A stretch of 64,000 nt of DNA from an uncultured delta proteobacterium (GTDB lineage Bacteria > Myxococcota_A > Polyangia > Fen-1088): positions 320,001-384,000 of the forward strand of contig CAVYGB010000006.1 of the NCBI GenBank assembly GCA_963767925.1. The letters run 5' to 3'. The first letter of the stretch is position 1, and every line of letters begins with the position of its first letter. The translations under genes were made by a program, and so were the position numbers. Positions 11,311-21,363 of the stretch are shown piece after piece. The notes beneath the pieces were generated by a model. It was not told where the DNA came from. It searched no databases and saw only the letters and a list, made by a program, of their open reading frames with translations.

Positions 11311-12603
11311 ATGAACCTCACGGATGAGCAGAAAGAGATCGGTCGCCGCAACTTCCTGAAGGCGCTGGCCGGTACGCCGGCGCTGGCGGCGCTGGCCGGT
11401 GCGGCCGCGGTGAAGGGCCCCAAGAAGGGTGGCCCCGTAAAGGCGGCGCTGGTGGGCGCGGGCCGCGAGGGCCGGGTGCTCCTGGGGCAATGCCAGAAGC
11501 AATGGATCGACATCCGGGCGGTGGTCGACATCAACCCGCTGCACGCCCGCGCCTCCGCCGAGGGCCTCGAGAAGAGCGGCCTGACTCGCCCCCGCGAGTA
11601 CCAGGACCTCAAGGCCATGCTCGAGAAGGAGGACATCGAGGCGGTGCTCGTCGCGACGCCCCTCTGGGCCCACGCCGACACGACGGTCGCCTGCCTCGAG
11701 GCCGGCAAACACGTGCTGTGCGAGAAGATGATGGCCTGGGACGTGGAAGGCTGTCACCGCATGAGCGAGGCGGCCCGCAAGAACAACCGCCTGCTCGAGA
11801 TCGGGTACCAGCGCCTCTACAACCCGACTTACCACGCGGCCTACGACGGCCTGCTCAAGAAGGGCCTGCTCGGGGACGTCTATTACATCCGCAACGTCTG
11901 GCACCGGAACGAGTCCTGGCGGCGCGAGGAGAAGCCACCTTCGCCGGACTTCGATCCCAAGAAGTGGGGCTACGAGAACTTCGAGCACCTGGTCAACTGG
12001 CGCCTCTACCCCAAATATTCGCGCGGCCTGCTGGCCGAGCTGGGCAGCCACCAGGCCGCCATCGCCAACTGGTTCTACGGCGGGGCGCCCGACGCGGTCT
12101 ACGCCTCCGGCGGCATCCACCGCTTCAAGGACGGGCGCGAGATGAACGACCACATCTACGCGACCTTCGAATATAGCGGCGGCCGCACGATGACCTTCAC
12201 CTCGATCCAGTCGAACGCCTTCGACGACTACTACGAGCAGATCCTGGGGACCAAGGGCACCCTCATCCTCAAGCGGGAGACCGAGGCTTACTTCTTCCCC
12301 GAGGGAGATCCCAAGGCCACCACCGTGGCGGTCACCTCGCGCAGCGGAAACGCCATCGTCGACGCCTCCGAGAGCCGGACCGCCGACGTCGCCGGTCGCA
12401 CCGTGGCCGCCGAGGCCCAGGGCGAGCGCTTCCCCCGCCTGCTGTCGTACCGCAACGAGATCAACGGCTTCGTCTCCGCCATCCGCAGCGGCACCCCCCT
12501 CAACTGCGGCCCGGAAAAGGCAACCGCCAGCGCCACCGCCTGCATCCGCGCCTACGAGTCCTGCGACCAGAAGACCCGCCTCACCCTCGCCCGCCCGACG
12601 TAG
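11311..12603 (+). CDS. Tat-exported Gfo/Idh/MocA family oxidoreductase
   Basis: GRRNFLK twin-arginine signal; [22 protein letters not shown] and ELGSHQ motifs; RBS AAGGA. Confidence 0.9.
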   Translation: MNLTDEQKEIGRRNFLKALAGTPALAALAGAAAVKGPKKGGPVKAALVGAGREGRVLLGQCQKQWIDIRAVVDINPLHARASAEGLEKSGLTRPREYQDLKAMLEKEDIEAVLVATPLWAHADTTVACLEAGKHVLCEKMMAWDVEGCHRMSEAARKNNRLLEIGYQRLYNPTYHAAYDGLLKKGLLGDVYYIRNVWHRNESWRREEKPPSPDFDPKKWGYENFEHLVNWRLYPKYSRGLLAELGSHQAAIANWFYGGAPDAVYASGGIHRFKDGREMNDHIYATFEYSGGRTMTFTSIQSNAFDDYYEQILGTKGTLILKRETEAYFFPEGDPKATTVAVTSRSGNAIVDASESRTADVAGRTVAAEAQGERFPRLLSYRNEINGFVSAIRSGTPLNCGPEKATASATACIRAYESCDQKTRLTLARPT

Positions 12604-12987
12604 TACCCGGGACCCTCAAAGGGTCCCGATCCCCCCGCGAAGCTTCGCGCCGAGCAAGCTCGGCGGCTCCGCAGTTTCATTCTACCCGGGACCCTCAAAG
12701 GGTCCCATCCCCCCGCGAAGCTTCGCGCCGAGCAAGCTCGGCGGCTCCGCAGTTTCATTCTACCCGGGACCCTCAAAGGGTCCCGATCCCCCCGCGAAGC
12801 TTCGCGCCGAGCAAGCTCGGCGGCTCCGCAGTTTCATTCTACCCGGGACCCTCAAAGGGTCCCGATCCCCCGCGAAGCTTCGCGCCGAGCAAGCTCGGCG
12901 GCTCCGCAGTTTCATTCTACCCGGGACCCTCAAAGGGTCCCGATCCCCCCGCGAAGCTTCGCGCCGAGCAAGCTCGGCGGCTCCGCA
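12604..12987. repeat. Tandem array of a 78-79 bp multi-hairpin REP-like unit (4 full copies + 1 partial)
   Basis: Units start at 12604, 12683, 12761, 12840 and 12918; each contains CGGGACCCT-CAA-AGGGTCCCG, the palindrome CGCGAAGCTTCGCG and GCCGAGC-AA-GCTCGGC. Confidence 0.95.
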
Positions 12988-13232
12988 CGCGAATATTCGG
13001 GACCCGGTCGGGGCTCATCGCTGGTTGTTCGCCCTCGCCCCGCGGCAGCGGGGGGGGAGAGGGAGGGGTGAGGGGCTCCGGGGCCGACATCGGTGAGGGG
13101 CGAGGGGGCTGGAGTTTTCGGGCCTACCTGGGGTGGAGCGATGCTCCGGGCGGTTGGCGGCTCTGCACGATCGGGGCTCAAGGTGAAGAGGGATTCCGCA
13201 GATGGGATAGGTGCCTATCGGCGGAATTCCTA

Positions 13233-15380
13233 GTGAGCCAACCTAGACGAACCACCAAATCGGTCGGGGCTATGGCCCTGGCTTTCACCCTTTTCGGTCA
13301 GTCCCTCCGCGCGCAAGCTGGCGGGGACATAGAGGAGGTCGACCTCGCGGCGCTGCTGAGCACGCCCGAAGAGGTCTGGACCGCCACCAAGACCGAGCAG
13401 AAGAACTACGAGGCGCCCGCCATCATCACCACGGTGACGCGGGAGCAGATCGGGGTGTGGGGCTATCGCTCCATCTCGGAGGTGCTCAGCCACTTGCTCG
13501 GGTTCTACGTGGTGGATGACCACACCTCCCCCAACCTGGCGGTGCGGGGCATCTCGGGCGGTCTGTACGCCGACAGCAGCATCGTCAAGGTCCTCATCGA
13601 CGGACAGTCGGTCGCGTTTCACTCCACCGGCGGCAACTGGCTGGGGCCGGAGCTGATCCCCCTCTCCGCGGTCGAGCGCATCGAGGTCGTGCGCGGTCCC
13701 GCCTCGGCGCTGTTCGGCGCCGACGCCTTCCTGGGGGTCATCAACATCAAGACCCGCAGCGGCAAGAGCCTGACCGGCGCCACCGCCTGGCTGGCGGGCG
13801 GACGGGCGGGCACCAAGCTCGCCACCGACATCGACGTCTCGGCCGGCTTCGAGAAGGGCGACTTCGACGTCGTGGTGGCCGTGCGGCAGAGCAACCAGGA
13901 TCTCTCCGGCCTCACCATCCCCGACAGCTCCCCGGCCCCCTCGGTCCCCAACAACGGCGGCGAGGAGCCGCTGACCGCCGAGGGCCTGGACCAGGCCTCC
14001 AGCTCGGCCCTCGCCCGCGTCACCTACCGGCCGCGCACCGGCACCGAGCTGGGCGTGTTCGGTTACTACTCGTCGATGCGCCGGGGCGAGGAGTTTGGCT
14101 CGCTCTTCCAGCTCGTCAACAACCGGGTGTCGCTGTCGCAGATGCGGGCCGGCCTGTTCCTCGAGCAGACCCTCACCCCCACCCTGCGCCTGTCGTTCAA
14201 GGGCTCGGTCTTCCGGGGCGGGCCCGGGGACGACAACCGCCTGGAGGTCGGCAGCGAGTTCTATTACGTGCGCCGCCAGTTCGGCTTCCGGGGCGGCGAC
14301 GTGGACGGCCAGGTGGAGTGGACGCCCGGCTGGGCCAAGGACGGCTCGGTCCGGCTGGTGGCGGGCGCCAGCGCCTTCCTCGACGACGAGCAGCTCCCCT
14401 CGCGGGTGGGCATCTCCAAGCAGGCCACCGACCTGGTCCAGCCCGGCGACGTCATCGCGCCAATCTCGATCTACCAGGGGCGCAAGAGCTTCCTCAACTC
14501 GGGCGTGTACCTGCAGGGCATGTGGACGGCCATCGAGAACTGGCTCAGCCTCACCGGCGGTCTGCGCTACGACCGGCATAACGTCTACGGTGGCCAGATC
14601 AGCGAGCGCGTCGGCCTGGTCTCGAACCCGCTGTCCAACTTGCACGCCAAGCTGCTCTACGGCAGCGCCTTCAAGTCTCCCTCGCCGCTGCTGCTGTACG
14701 CCATCCCCTCGGCCATCGGGGACGTGGTGGGCAACCCCCAGCTCAAGCCCCAGTTCGTGCGCACGGTGGAGTTCCAGCTCGCCTGGGAGCCGACCGACTA
14801 CATCAGCCTGTCGGGGAACACCGCCTACAACGTCCTGTCCGACAAGACCGAGTTCGTGCAGCAGGGGATCAACAAGGTCGCGCGCAACGTGGCCCGGGCG
14901 GCGACGCTGACCTGGGAGCTCATGGGGGAGTACAAGTACCAGTCGGTGTTCCGGGCGCACCTCAGCTTCGAGACGCAGCGGACGGTGCGGCGGACGGGGC
15001 AAGACGGCTACTCGGCGGAGGTCGTGGGGGACGCGGGGGGGATCTATCCCAACATGATGCTGCACGGGGGGCTGGCGGCGCAGCCGACGAGCTTGCCGTT
15101 GCGGGCGACCGTGCAGGCTTCCTGGATCGGGGAGCGGCGGCCGAGCGATACCAACATCCTGCTCAACGGGGGGCCTTATGTGTTGCCCTCTTATTTGCTG
15201 CTCGAGGCGGGGCTGGCGACGACGCGGTTCGATCTGTTCGGGCTGGACCGGCACGAGGTCTCGTTTGCTTTGACGGGGAAGAACCTCCTCGGTGCGGGAG
15301 GGCCGGCGCCCGGCTTCTCCGGCGTCGACTACCCGCTCACGCCGCGCACCTTCTTCCTGCAGGCCAACCTCGCCCTCTGA
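13233..15380 (+). CDS. TonB-dependent outer-membrane receptor
   Basis: Signal peptide from GTG 13233; plug domain EAPAIITTVTREQI...ERIEVVRGPASALFG; GLRYD barrel motif; C-terminal PRTFFLQANLAL. Confidence 0.88.
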   Translation: MSQPRRTTKSVGAMALAFTLFGQSLRAQAGGDIEEVDLAALLSTPEEVWTATKTEQKNYEAPAIITTVTREQIGVWGYRSISEVLSHLLGFYVVDDHTSPNLAVRGISGGLYADSSIVKVLIDGQSVAFHSTGGNWLGPELIPLSAVERIEVVRGPASALFGADAFLGVINIKTRSGKSLTGATAWLAGGRAGTKLATDIDVSAGFEKGDFDVVVAVRQSNQDLSGLTIPDSSPAPSVPNNGGEEPLTAEGLDQASSSALARVTYRPRTGTELGVFGYYSSMRRGEEFGSLFQLVNNRVSLSQMRAGLFLEQTLTPTLRLSFKGSVFRGGPGDDNRLEVGSEFYYVRRQFGFRGGDVDGQVEWTPGWAKDGSVRLVAGASAFLDDEQLPSRVGISKQATDLVQPGDVIAPISIYQGRKSFLNSGVYLQGMWTAIENWLSLTGGLRYDRHNVYGGQISERVGLVSNPLSNLHAKLLYGSAFKSPSPLLLYAIPSAIGDVVGNPQLKPQFVRTVEFQLAWEPTDYISLSGNTAYNVLSDKTEFVQQGINKVARNVARAATLTWELMGEYKYQSVFRAHLSFETQRTVRRTGQDGYSAEVVGDAGGIYPNMMLHGGLAAQPTSLPLRATVQASWIGERRPSDTNILLNGGPYVLPSYLLLEAGLATTRFDLFGLDRHEVSFALTGKNLLGAGGPAPGFSGVDYPLTPRTFFLQANLAL

Positions 15381-15603
15381 GACGCTTCGCGGCTGCAGCG
15401 GCGCCCTCGTTCGTTTGACGAGGCTGTTGTCGGCGGGGGCCGCTGCGCTTCGAGGGAGGCTTGCCTGAGGCTGTCCGTGCGGCGGCGGGCCGCTGCGCTT
15501 CGTCCGGCTCGAGCGAGCGACGGAGTAGGCGCCTGCCGGCCATGGCGATGCTCACTCGGCTCGCCGGCATGCACCGCCACCAACCCTGATGACTGCCGCG
15601 GCT

Positions 15604-15784
15604 GTCGTGGTCGTGCTCGTGTGCGAGCGCCTGTTCGAGTTCGTGTCCGTGTGTGGTGAGCGTGTTCGGCCCGCGGGCCTCGGCTCGCGTGATTTACGCG
15701 CACCGAGAGCCGCCTGGCCGCTCAACGCTCGCCCCACACGAACTCGAACACGAACACGCGCTCGAACACGCCCACGAGCACGCG
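15604..15784. repeat. Long imperfect inverted repeat built from hexamer-like units, between convergent genes
   Basis: Left arm GTGCTCGTG..GTTCGAGTTCGTGT (15604-15668) pairs with right arm ACACGAACTCGAAC..CACGAGCAC (15718-15784). Confidence 0.65.
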
Positions 15785-15941
15785 TCCCGGCCTCGAATAC
15801 TCGTTTCGCCCATCGGCGCAAATTCTCCACAGGTTTCAGCGGCTGGCTCTTAGCAGCCCGTGGCTGTTAGATCAGGGCCGGGGGGGGGCTCTGCCGGCGG
15901 TTCGGGGCAGGTGGAGTCGACCCTCTGGGGCGTCCCTGGGG

Positions 15942-17186
15942 TTACTGGCAGGTGTTGGTGTGGGGGAGGTCGACGAAGTTGGCGTCGGCGATGGTCCACC
16001 ATTTGGTGCTGGCGGTGAGGGTCTGGCCGGCGGCGTCGAACTGGAGCTGGCCGGTTAGGCCGAAGAACTCGATCTCGTAACCCTCGCGGAGGAGCTGCAA
16101 ACCCTTGCCGAGCTCGTTCCATTTGACCGAGAGGCCGCCGGCGCGGGTGATGGCGGCGATGTGCTGGGAGAGGCCGGTGCCGGTCGGGATGGCGTTGCCG
16201 CCGCGGGTGGCGCGCTGGATGGCCAGCACCGCGATGGCGCCGGCGTCGTAGAAGGGGTAGGCGTCGTCGAGGGGGGCGTCTTGCCAGCGGGCCAGGAACC
16301 GGGCCCGGAAGTCGCCGGCGCCGGCCACCGTGCCGGGGGCCACGCCCTTGGCGCCGTTCAGGATCCCCTTGGGGATCGAGTCGAGGAAGGCCGGGGTATG
16401 CAGCGTTGGCGACAGGTACCAGCGCCTGGGATCGTCGAGGGCGTCCGAGCCCGCGGCGAGGGCGTAGATCAACGACGAGGCGATCTCCGGGGGGGCCGCC
16501 AGCACGTAGGCCTCGCGGGTCGCGAGCAGGTTGGCCAGCGATTGCACCGATTCGACGCTCGCGGACTGGGTGCTCGCCAGGACGTTCTTGAACAGCTCGA
16601 AGCTGTTGTTGAGGGCAAAGCCGAGGGAGGCGTTGTAACCGCTGGTCCCGACGAGCTGGACCGACCGCCGGCGGTCGTGTCCATCGCGCTCGAGCTGGGT
16701 CACCAGCTCGCAGGCCACGCGGCGCATTCCGGCGCCCATGACGAACCAGGAGGGCGGCTTCCACTCCACGTCGGAGGCGGTGGCGAAGCTCGGCAAGATG
16801 ACGGTGCGGGCCTCGATCAGCGGCCGCACCTGGGTGACCAGGTCGGTGTAGTCGGGGCCGATGAGGACCGCCGATCCAGCGTCGATCAGCTCCTGCAGGG
16901 GGGCGGCCGCCTTGTTGGGATCGCTGCGGCTGTCGCGGGCCAGGACCTTGATCCGCCGGCCGTCGATGCCTCCCGCCGCGTTGGCGTTCTCGATCGCCAT
17001 CAGGAGGGCCCGCTCGGAGTTGATGCTGTTCGAGGACAGAAACCCCGTGTAAGAGAGCATCAGCCCGATCTTGATGGGATCGTCTTTGGGCGGCGCCTCA
17101 CAGTTGAGCGCGCCGCCCAAAAACACCAACCCAGCTACTGCGAGGCCGAACCCGCCAGGGCTCCGTTTCACAGTAGACGCTCGCAC
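15942..17186 (-). CDS. Periplasmic binding protein type I (LivJ-like) lipoprotein, copy 2
   Basis: IKIGLMLSYTG, NAAGGIDGR, YDAGAI and FFGLTGQLQFD motifs; paralog of 18627..19835. Confidence 0.8.
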   Translation of the reverse strand: MRASTVKRSPGGFGLAVAGLVFLGGALNCEAPPKDDPIKIGLMLSYTGFLSSNSINSERALLMAIENANAAGGIDGRRIKVLARDSRSDPNKAAAPLQELIDAGSAVLIGPDYTDLVTQVRPLIEARTVILPSFATASDVEWKPPSWFVMGAGMRRVACELVTQLERDGHDRRRSVQLVGTSGYNASLGFALNNSFELFKNVLASTQSASVESVQSLANLLATREAYVLAAPPEIASSLIYALAAGSDALDDPRRWYLSPTLHTPAFLDSIPKGILNGAKGVAPGTVAGAGDFRARFLARWQDAPLDDAYPFYDAGAIAVLAIQRATRGGNAIPTGTGLSQHIAAITRAGGLSVKWNELGKGLQLLREGYEIEFFGLTGQLQFDAAGQTLTASTKWWTIADANFVDLPHTNTCQ

Positions 17187-17187
17187 G

Positions 17188-18555
17188 TTAACGGTGGGCC
17201 GCCAGGGCGTCGTTCGCGTCCTTCTGCATGTCCGCAATCGCCTGGTCGACGGTCTTGGCGCCGGTGGCGGTCGGGGTGAGCCGGCCCTTCACAGCTGCAA
17301 AGAAGTTGCTCATCAGCGCCCCCTCGACGGTCTCGATGGCGCCGCCCGGGATGTAGCCCACCCACTGCCCCTTCTCGAGCAGCGGCTGGACCTTGGCCAG
17401 GGTGGGGTCGCCCGCGGCCGCCGCCGGGGTGCCGTTCACCTTCAGGGCCGGCAGCGCGCCGGTGGTGGCCGACCACTTGCGCATGGCCTCGGGCGACAGA
17501 GCGAGGGCCTTCAGGAAGTCGAAGGCCGCCTTCTGGTTCTTGCTGGTCTTGGGGACCACGAAGGCCCAGCCCGAGTTCTGCACGAACTTGTGCTCGCCGC
17601 CGTCCATCGGCGGCAGCACGAAGTATTCGTACACGGTGCTGCTCCCGGCGGGGACCTGCCCGCGGACGTTGGGGATGCCCCAGGTGCCGACGTAGCCCAT
17701 CACCGACAGGGGCTTGGCCGGGTCGCTCCAGCCGTAGCCGGTGGCGCCGAGCGCGAGGCGGGTGGTCACGAAGGTGTTCTCACCGGGGATCAGGCTGGTG
17801 TGCATGACCTTGCTGTCGGCCACCCAGCCCACCATCTCGCCCAGGGCGGCCTTGGCCTCGGTGGTGTTGAAGTTGAAGGTCCCGTCGTTGGCCCAGTAGT
17901 TGCCACCCTTCTGCAGGATCTTGCTGAAGAAGATGTGCTTGACCGGCTGGGGCCATTCCATCGCGATGTCGAGGCCGTTGGCCTTCGGCATGGTGCCGGT
18001 GCTGTCGTATTCGGTCAGCATGGCCGCCTCCTGGATGAACTGGGCCCAGGTGGTCCAGTTGGGCTTCATGCCGGCCCCGAACTTGTCCTGGTACTTGGTC
18101 AGGTTGACCACCACGCCGCCGTATTCGAGGTTGTACTCCATCGGCAGGCCCTTGAGCTTGCCACCGCAGGTCGTCCCCTGCAGGGGGGCGGCGAAGTACG
18201 TGTTCTGGGCCTCGCTGAGGGTGACGACGTCCTCGGGGATGTCGGCGATCTGATCGGCGAAGGTGCACACCCAGGAGGGCTGCACGCGGACGAGGTCGTA
18301 CTGGAGGGTGCCGGCCTTGAGGTTGCCCAGGAGCTGCGTGCCGAGCTCGGTGTAACGGAGGGTCGTCGCGTTCACCGTTACGTGGCTGTTGGTCTTGCGA
18401 TAATCCTCGATGAAGGCCGTGTCCGCGGTGTTGTAGTCGGGGTTGTCGTGCCGCAAGACAGTCAGAGTCACGGCCTGCGGTCCCGTGGGACCTTCGTTGT
18501 CATCGCCGCAAGCACCAACTAACCCCACCAGCGCCACCCAATAAAGTCTTCTCAT
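17188..18555 (-). CDS. Extracellular solute-binding lipoprotein (family 1, sugar-like), copy 2
   Basis: Lipobox VGAC; GKLKGLP, GYVGTW, GWAFVVPKTSKNQKAA motifs; ATG 18555 preceded by GGAGAGG; paralog of 19892..21256. Confidence 0.82.
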   Translation of the reverse strand: MRRLYWVALVGLVGACGDDNEGPTGPQAVTLTVLRHDNPDYNTADTAFIEDYRKTNSHVTVNATTLRYTELGTQLLGNLKAGTLQYDLVRVQPSWVCTFADQIADIPEDVVTLSEAQNTYFAAPLQGTTCGGKLKGLPMEYNLEYGGVVVNLTKYQDKFGAGMKPNWTTWAQFIQEAAMLTEYDSTGTMPKANGLDIAMEWPQPVKHIFFSKILQKGGNYWANDGTFNFNTTEAKAALGEMVGWVADSKVMHTSLIPGENTFVTTRLALGATGYGWSDPAKPLSVMGYVGTWGIPNVRGQVPAGSSTVYEYFVLPPMDGGEHKFVQNSGWAFVVPKTSKNQKAAFDFLKALALSPEAMRKWSATTGALPALKVNGTPAAAAGDPTLAKVQPLLEKGQWVGYIPGGAIETVEGALMSNFFAAVKGRLTPTATGAKTVDQAIADMQKDANDALAAHR

Positions 18556-18626
18556 CAAAGCACCTCTCCGGTAGTTCACCAACCCGCTATCGGTCAACCG
18601 GGGTGCGACCTTGAGGGAATCGGGTG

Positions 18627-19835
18627 CTACTGGCAGGCCCCTGCCCGCGGAATATCCTCGAAGCCGTCTTCGCCGACGGTCCACCACTTGGTGGTCGCGG
18701 TGGGTGTCTGTCCGGAAACGTCGAACTGGATGAGCCCGGTCAGGCCGAAATATTCGATCTCCTGGCCCTGCCCCAGCAGCGCGAGCCCGCGCTCGAGCTC
18801 GTGCCACTGGATCGGCTGACCGCCGGCCCTGGTGACCTCCAGCACATGCGGGGCCAGCCGGTTGGTATCGGGGATCGCCCCCTCGCGGCTCATCGCCCGG
18901 GCCAGGGCGAAGACGGCGATCGCACCGGCATCATAGAAGGGATAGGCGTCGTCGAGGGGCACGTCCTGCCAGCGCTCGGCGAAGGCGGTCCGGAAGGCCC
19001 CCGCGCCGCCCACCGTTCCGGTCGAGACGCCCCGAGCGCCGTTCATGCCCCCCTTGGGGATTGACTCGAGGAAGGCGGGGGTGTGCAGGGTCGGCGAGAG
19101 GTACCAGCGGGTCGGATCGCCGAGCTCGCCGGTGGCGGTCAACGCGTAGACCAGGGCCGAGGCCGAGGTGGGGAAGGCGGCCAGCACGATGGCGTCCCGG
19201 TCGAGCACGGACCGGGAGATCATGCGCAGGCTCTCGCTGTCGGCGGCCAGGTCGGTCGGAAAGACCAGCTTCGGCATGCCGTAGGTGAGGCCCAGGTCCC
19301 AGGACAGGGCGTTGTTCTGGCCGGTCGGGTTGACCAGCAGGAGCGGGTTGGTGCGACCATCGCCGCGGAGCTGCGCCACCAGCTCGCAGGCGATCCGGGT
19401 GGTGCCGGCCCCCATGACGAACCAGGACGGGCGCCGCCACTCGACGTCGGAGGAGGTGTTGCTGCTGGGGAGAATGACGGTGCGGTCGATGAACAGCGGC
19501 CCCAGGTTGGCGATGAGGTCGGTGGTGTCTGGACCGATGACCAGCGCCACCCCGGCGTCGAGCAACTCGCGGGCGGGGACTCCTACCTTGCGGGGGTCGC
19601 TGCGGGTGTCCCGGGCCAGCAGCCGCAGCGGCCGGCCCCCGATCCCGCCCGCGGCGTTGGCCGCCTCGAAGGCCATCCGCAAGGCCCGCTCGGAGTTGAC
19701 GCTGTTGGCGGCCAGGTACCCCGTGTAAGAGAGGAGCAGGCCGACCGAGACGGCATCTCCCGGCGGCGGCTCGCGGTCACAAGCGAGCACGCCGCCGAGA
19801 GCAAGACAAATGAGGACGAGCCTGCTTACCGGCAT
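18627..19835 (-). CDS. Periplasmic binding protein type I (LivJ-like) lipoprotein, copy 1
   Basis: Lipobox VLAC; GLLLSYTG, NAAGGIGGR, YDAGAI and YFGLTGLIQFD motifs. Confidence 0.8.
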   Translation of the reverse strand: MPVSRLVLICLALGGVLACDREPPPGDAVSVGLLLSYTGYLAANSVNSERALRMAFEAANAAGGIGGRPLRLLARDTRSDPRKVGVPARELLDAGVALVIGPDTTDLIANLGPLFIDRTVILPSSNTSSDVEWRRPSWFVMGAGTTRIACELVAQLRGDGRTNPLLLVNPTGQNNALSWDLGLTYGMPKLVFPTDLAADSESLRMISRSVLDRDAIVLAAFPTSASALVYALTATGELGDPTRWYLSPTLHTPAFLESIPKGGMNGARGVSTGTVGGAGAFRTAFAERWQDVPLDDAYPFYDAGAIAVFALARAMSREGAIPDTNRLAPHVLEVTRAGGQPIQWHELERGLALLGQGQEIEYFGLTGLIQFDVSGQTPTATTKWWTVGEDGFEDIPRAGACQ

Positions 19836-19860
19836 CGGAGTGGTTGAACCGTTATCACGG

Positions 19861-19894
19861 AGCCGGGCTCCCTCGCTTCGCTCGGGCCTGACTA
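19861..19894 (-). repeat. REP-like element (same family as 31125 and 60550)
   Basis: Minus strand reads TAGTCAGGCCCGAGCGAAGCGAGGGAGCCCGGCT, starting at the upstream gene's TAG stop. Confidence 0.8.
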
Positions 19895-21256
19895 GCGGTG
19901 GTTGGCCAGCTCGGCGTTGGCCGCCGTCTGCATGTCGGTGAGCGCCTGCATGACCGTCTTGGTGCCCTTGACCGCGTCGAAGTAGTTGCTGACGAGGATG
20001 CCCTCGATGGTCTCCAGGCCGCCGGCCGGGATGTAACCCACCCACTGCCCCTTCTCGAACAGGGGCTGCACCTTCTGGAGCTGGGGATCGGCGGCGGCGG
20101 CGGCGGGAGTGCCGTTGGCCTTGAGGGCCGGGAGCGAGCCGGCGGTGGCGGCCCACTTGCGCATGGCCTCGGGTGACAGGGCCATCGCCTTGGCGAGGTC
20201 CCAGGCGGCCTTGGGGTTCTTGCTGGTCTTCGGCACGACGAAGGCGAAGCCCGAGTTCTGCACGAACTTGTGCTCGTCGCCCACCATGGGCGGCAGGGCG
20301 ACGAAGTCGTAGCGGATCGAGCTACCCGCCGCGAGCTGGCCCACGGTGTTGGCCAGGGCCCAGGTGCCGGCGTAGCCCATCACGCTGAGGGGCTTGGCGG
20401 CGTCGCTCCAGCCGTAGCCGCTCGCGCCGCTGGCCAGGCGCACGGTCACGAAGGTGTTCATGGCCGGCACCAGCTCGGGGAACATCACCTTCTCGGTGGC
20501 GACCCAGCGGACCATCTCGGTGAGGGCGGCCTGCCCGGCGGCGTTGGTGAAGTTGAAGTTGTGCTTGTTGCCGTCGAAGGCGGCGTCGGCGCCGTCCCAG
20601 TATTTGCCTCCGTTCTGGAGGATCAAGCTGAGGAAGATATGCTTGACCGGCTGGGGCCAGCCGTTGTCGATGTCGAGGCCGTTGGCCGCCGGCTTGGCGC
20701 CGTCGTATTCGGCGAGCTCGGAGGCCTGGCGAATGAAGTCCGTCCAGGTGGCCCAGCTCGGCTTGGCGCCCTGGTATTCGGCCTCGTATTTGGTCATGTT
20801 GACCACCACGCCGCCGTATTCCAGATTGTATTCGGTGGGCAGACCCTTGAGCTTGCCGCCGCAGGTCGAGCCGGCCAGCGGGGCGGCGAAGAAGGTGTTC
20901 TGCGCCTCGGGCAGCGTGATCACGTCCGTGGGCACGTCCTGGACGTTGTCGGCGAAGCCGCACACCCAGGAGGGCGGCACGATGACGAGGTCGGCGTCGA
21001 GCTTGTTCTGCCTCAGCTCGGCGAGGAGGGTGGAGGTCAAGGTGGGGTAACGGACGGTCGTCGGTTCCACCGTGATGTTGGGCTTGAGGGCCTTGTAGTC
21101 GGCCAGGAACTCGTCGTCTGCCTTCGCGTAAGGCGGATTGTCGTGCCGCAGGTACTTGAGGGTGACCGGCTTGTTCGGGTCCTCGGTCTCCCCCTCGCCA
21201 CAGCCGCCCAGCAGCGCCGCTCCCACCACCACCGCCCAATATGATGTTCTCTTCAT
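19892..21256 (-). CDS. Extracellular solute-binding lipoprotein (family 1), copy 1
   Basis: Lipobox LGGC; GGAGAGGA RBS; collinear and highly similar to 17188..18555. Confidence 0.85.
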   Translation of the reverse strand: MKRTSYWAVVVGAALLGGCGEGETEDPNKPVTLKYLRHDNPPYAKADDEFLADYKALKPNITVEPTTVRYPTLTSTLLAELRQNKLDADLVIVPPSWVCGFADNVQDVPTDVITLPEAQNTFFAAPLAGSTCGGKLKGLPTEYNLEYGGVVVNMTKYEAEYQGAKPSWATWTDFIRQASELAEYDGAKPAANGLDIDNGWPQPVKHIFLSLILQNGGKYWDGADAAFDGNKHNFNFTNAAGQAALTEMVRWVATEKVMFPELVPAMNTFVTVRLASGASGYGWSDAAKPLSVMGYAGTWALANTVGQLAAGSSIRYDFVALPPMVGDEHKFVQNSGFAFVVPKTSKNPKAAWDLAKAMALSPEAMRKWAATAGSLPALKANGTPAAAAADPQLQKVQPLFEKGQWVGYIPAGGLETIEGILVSNYFDAVKGTKTVMQALTDMQTAANAELANHR

Positions 21257-21363
21257 GGTCTATCCTCTCCCTTTCCTGATGCCCCAGCCGATTTCGGCAA
21301 TTCTCGGGAAATACCTTAGACGGATCGGTCGGCGCCGATCACCGATCACCGATCACCCACCGA

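Noticed and set aside
12604..12987. Possible CRISPR array
   Set aside because: Units are contiguous and near-identical with no unique spacers; no cas genes in the window
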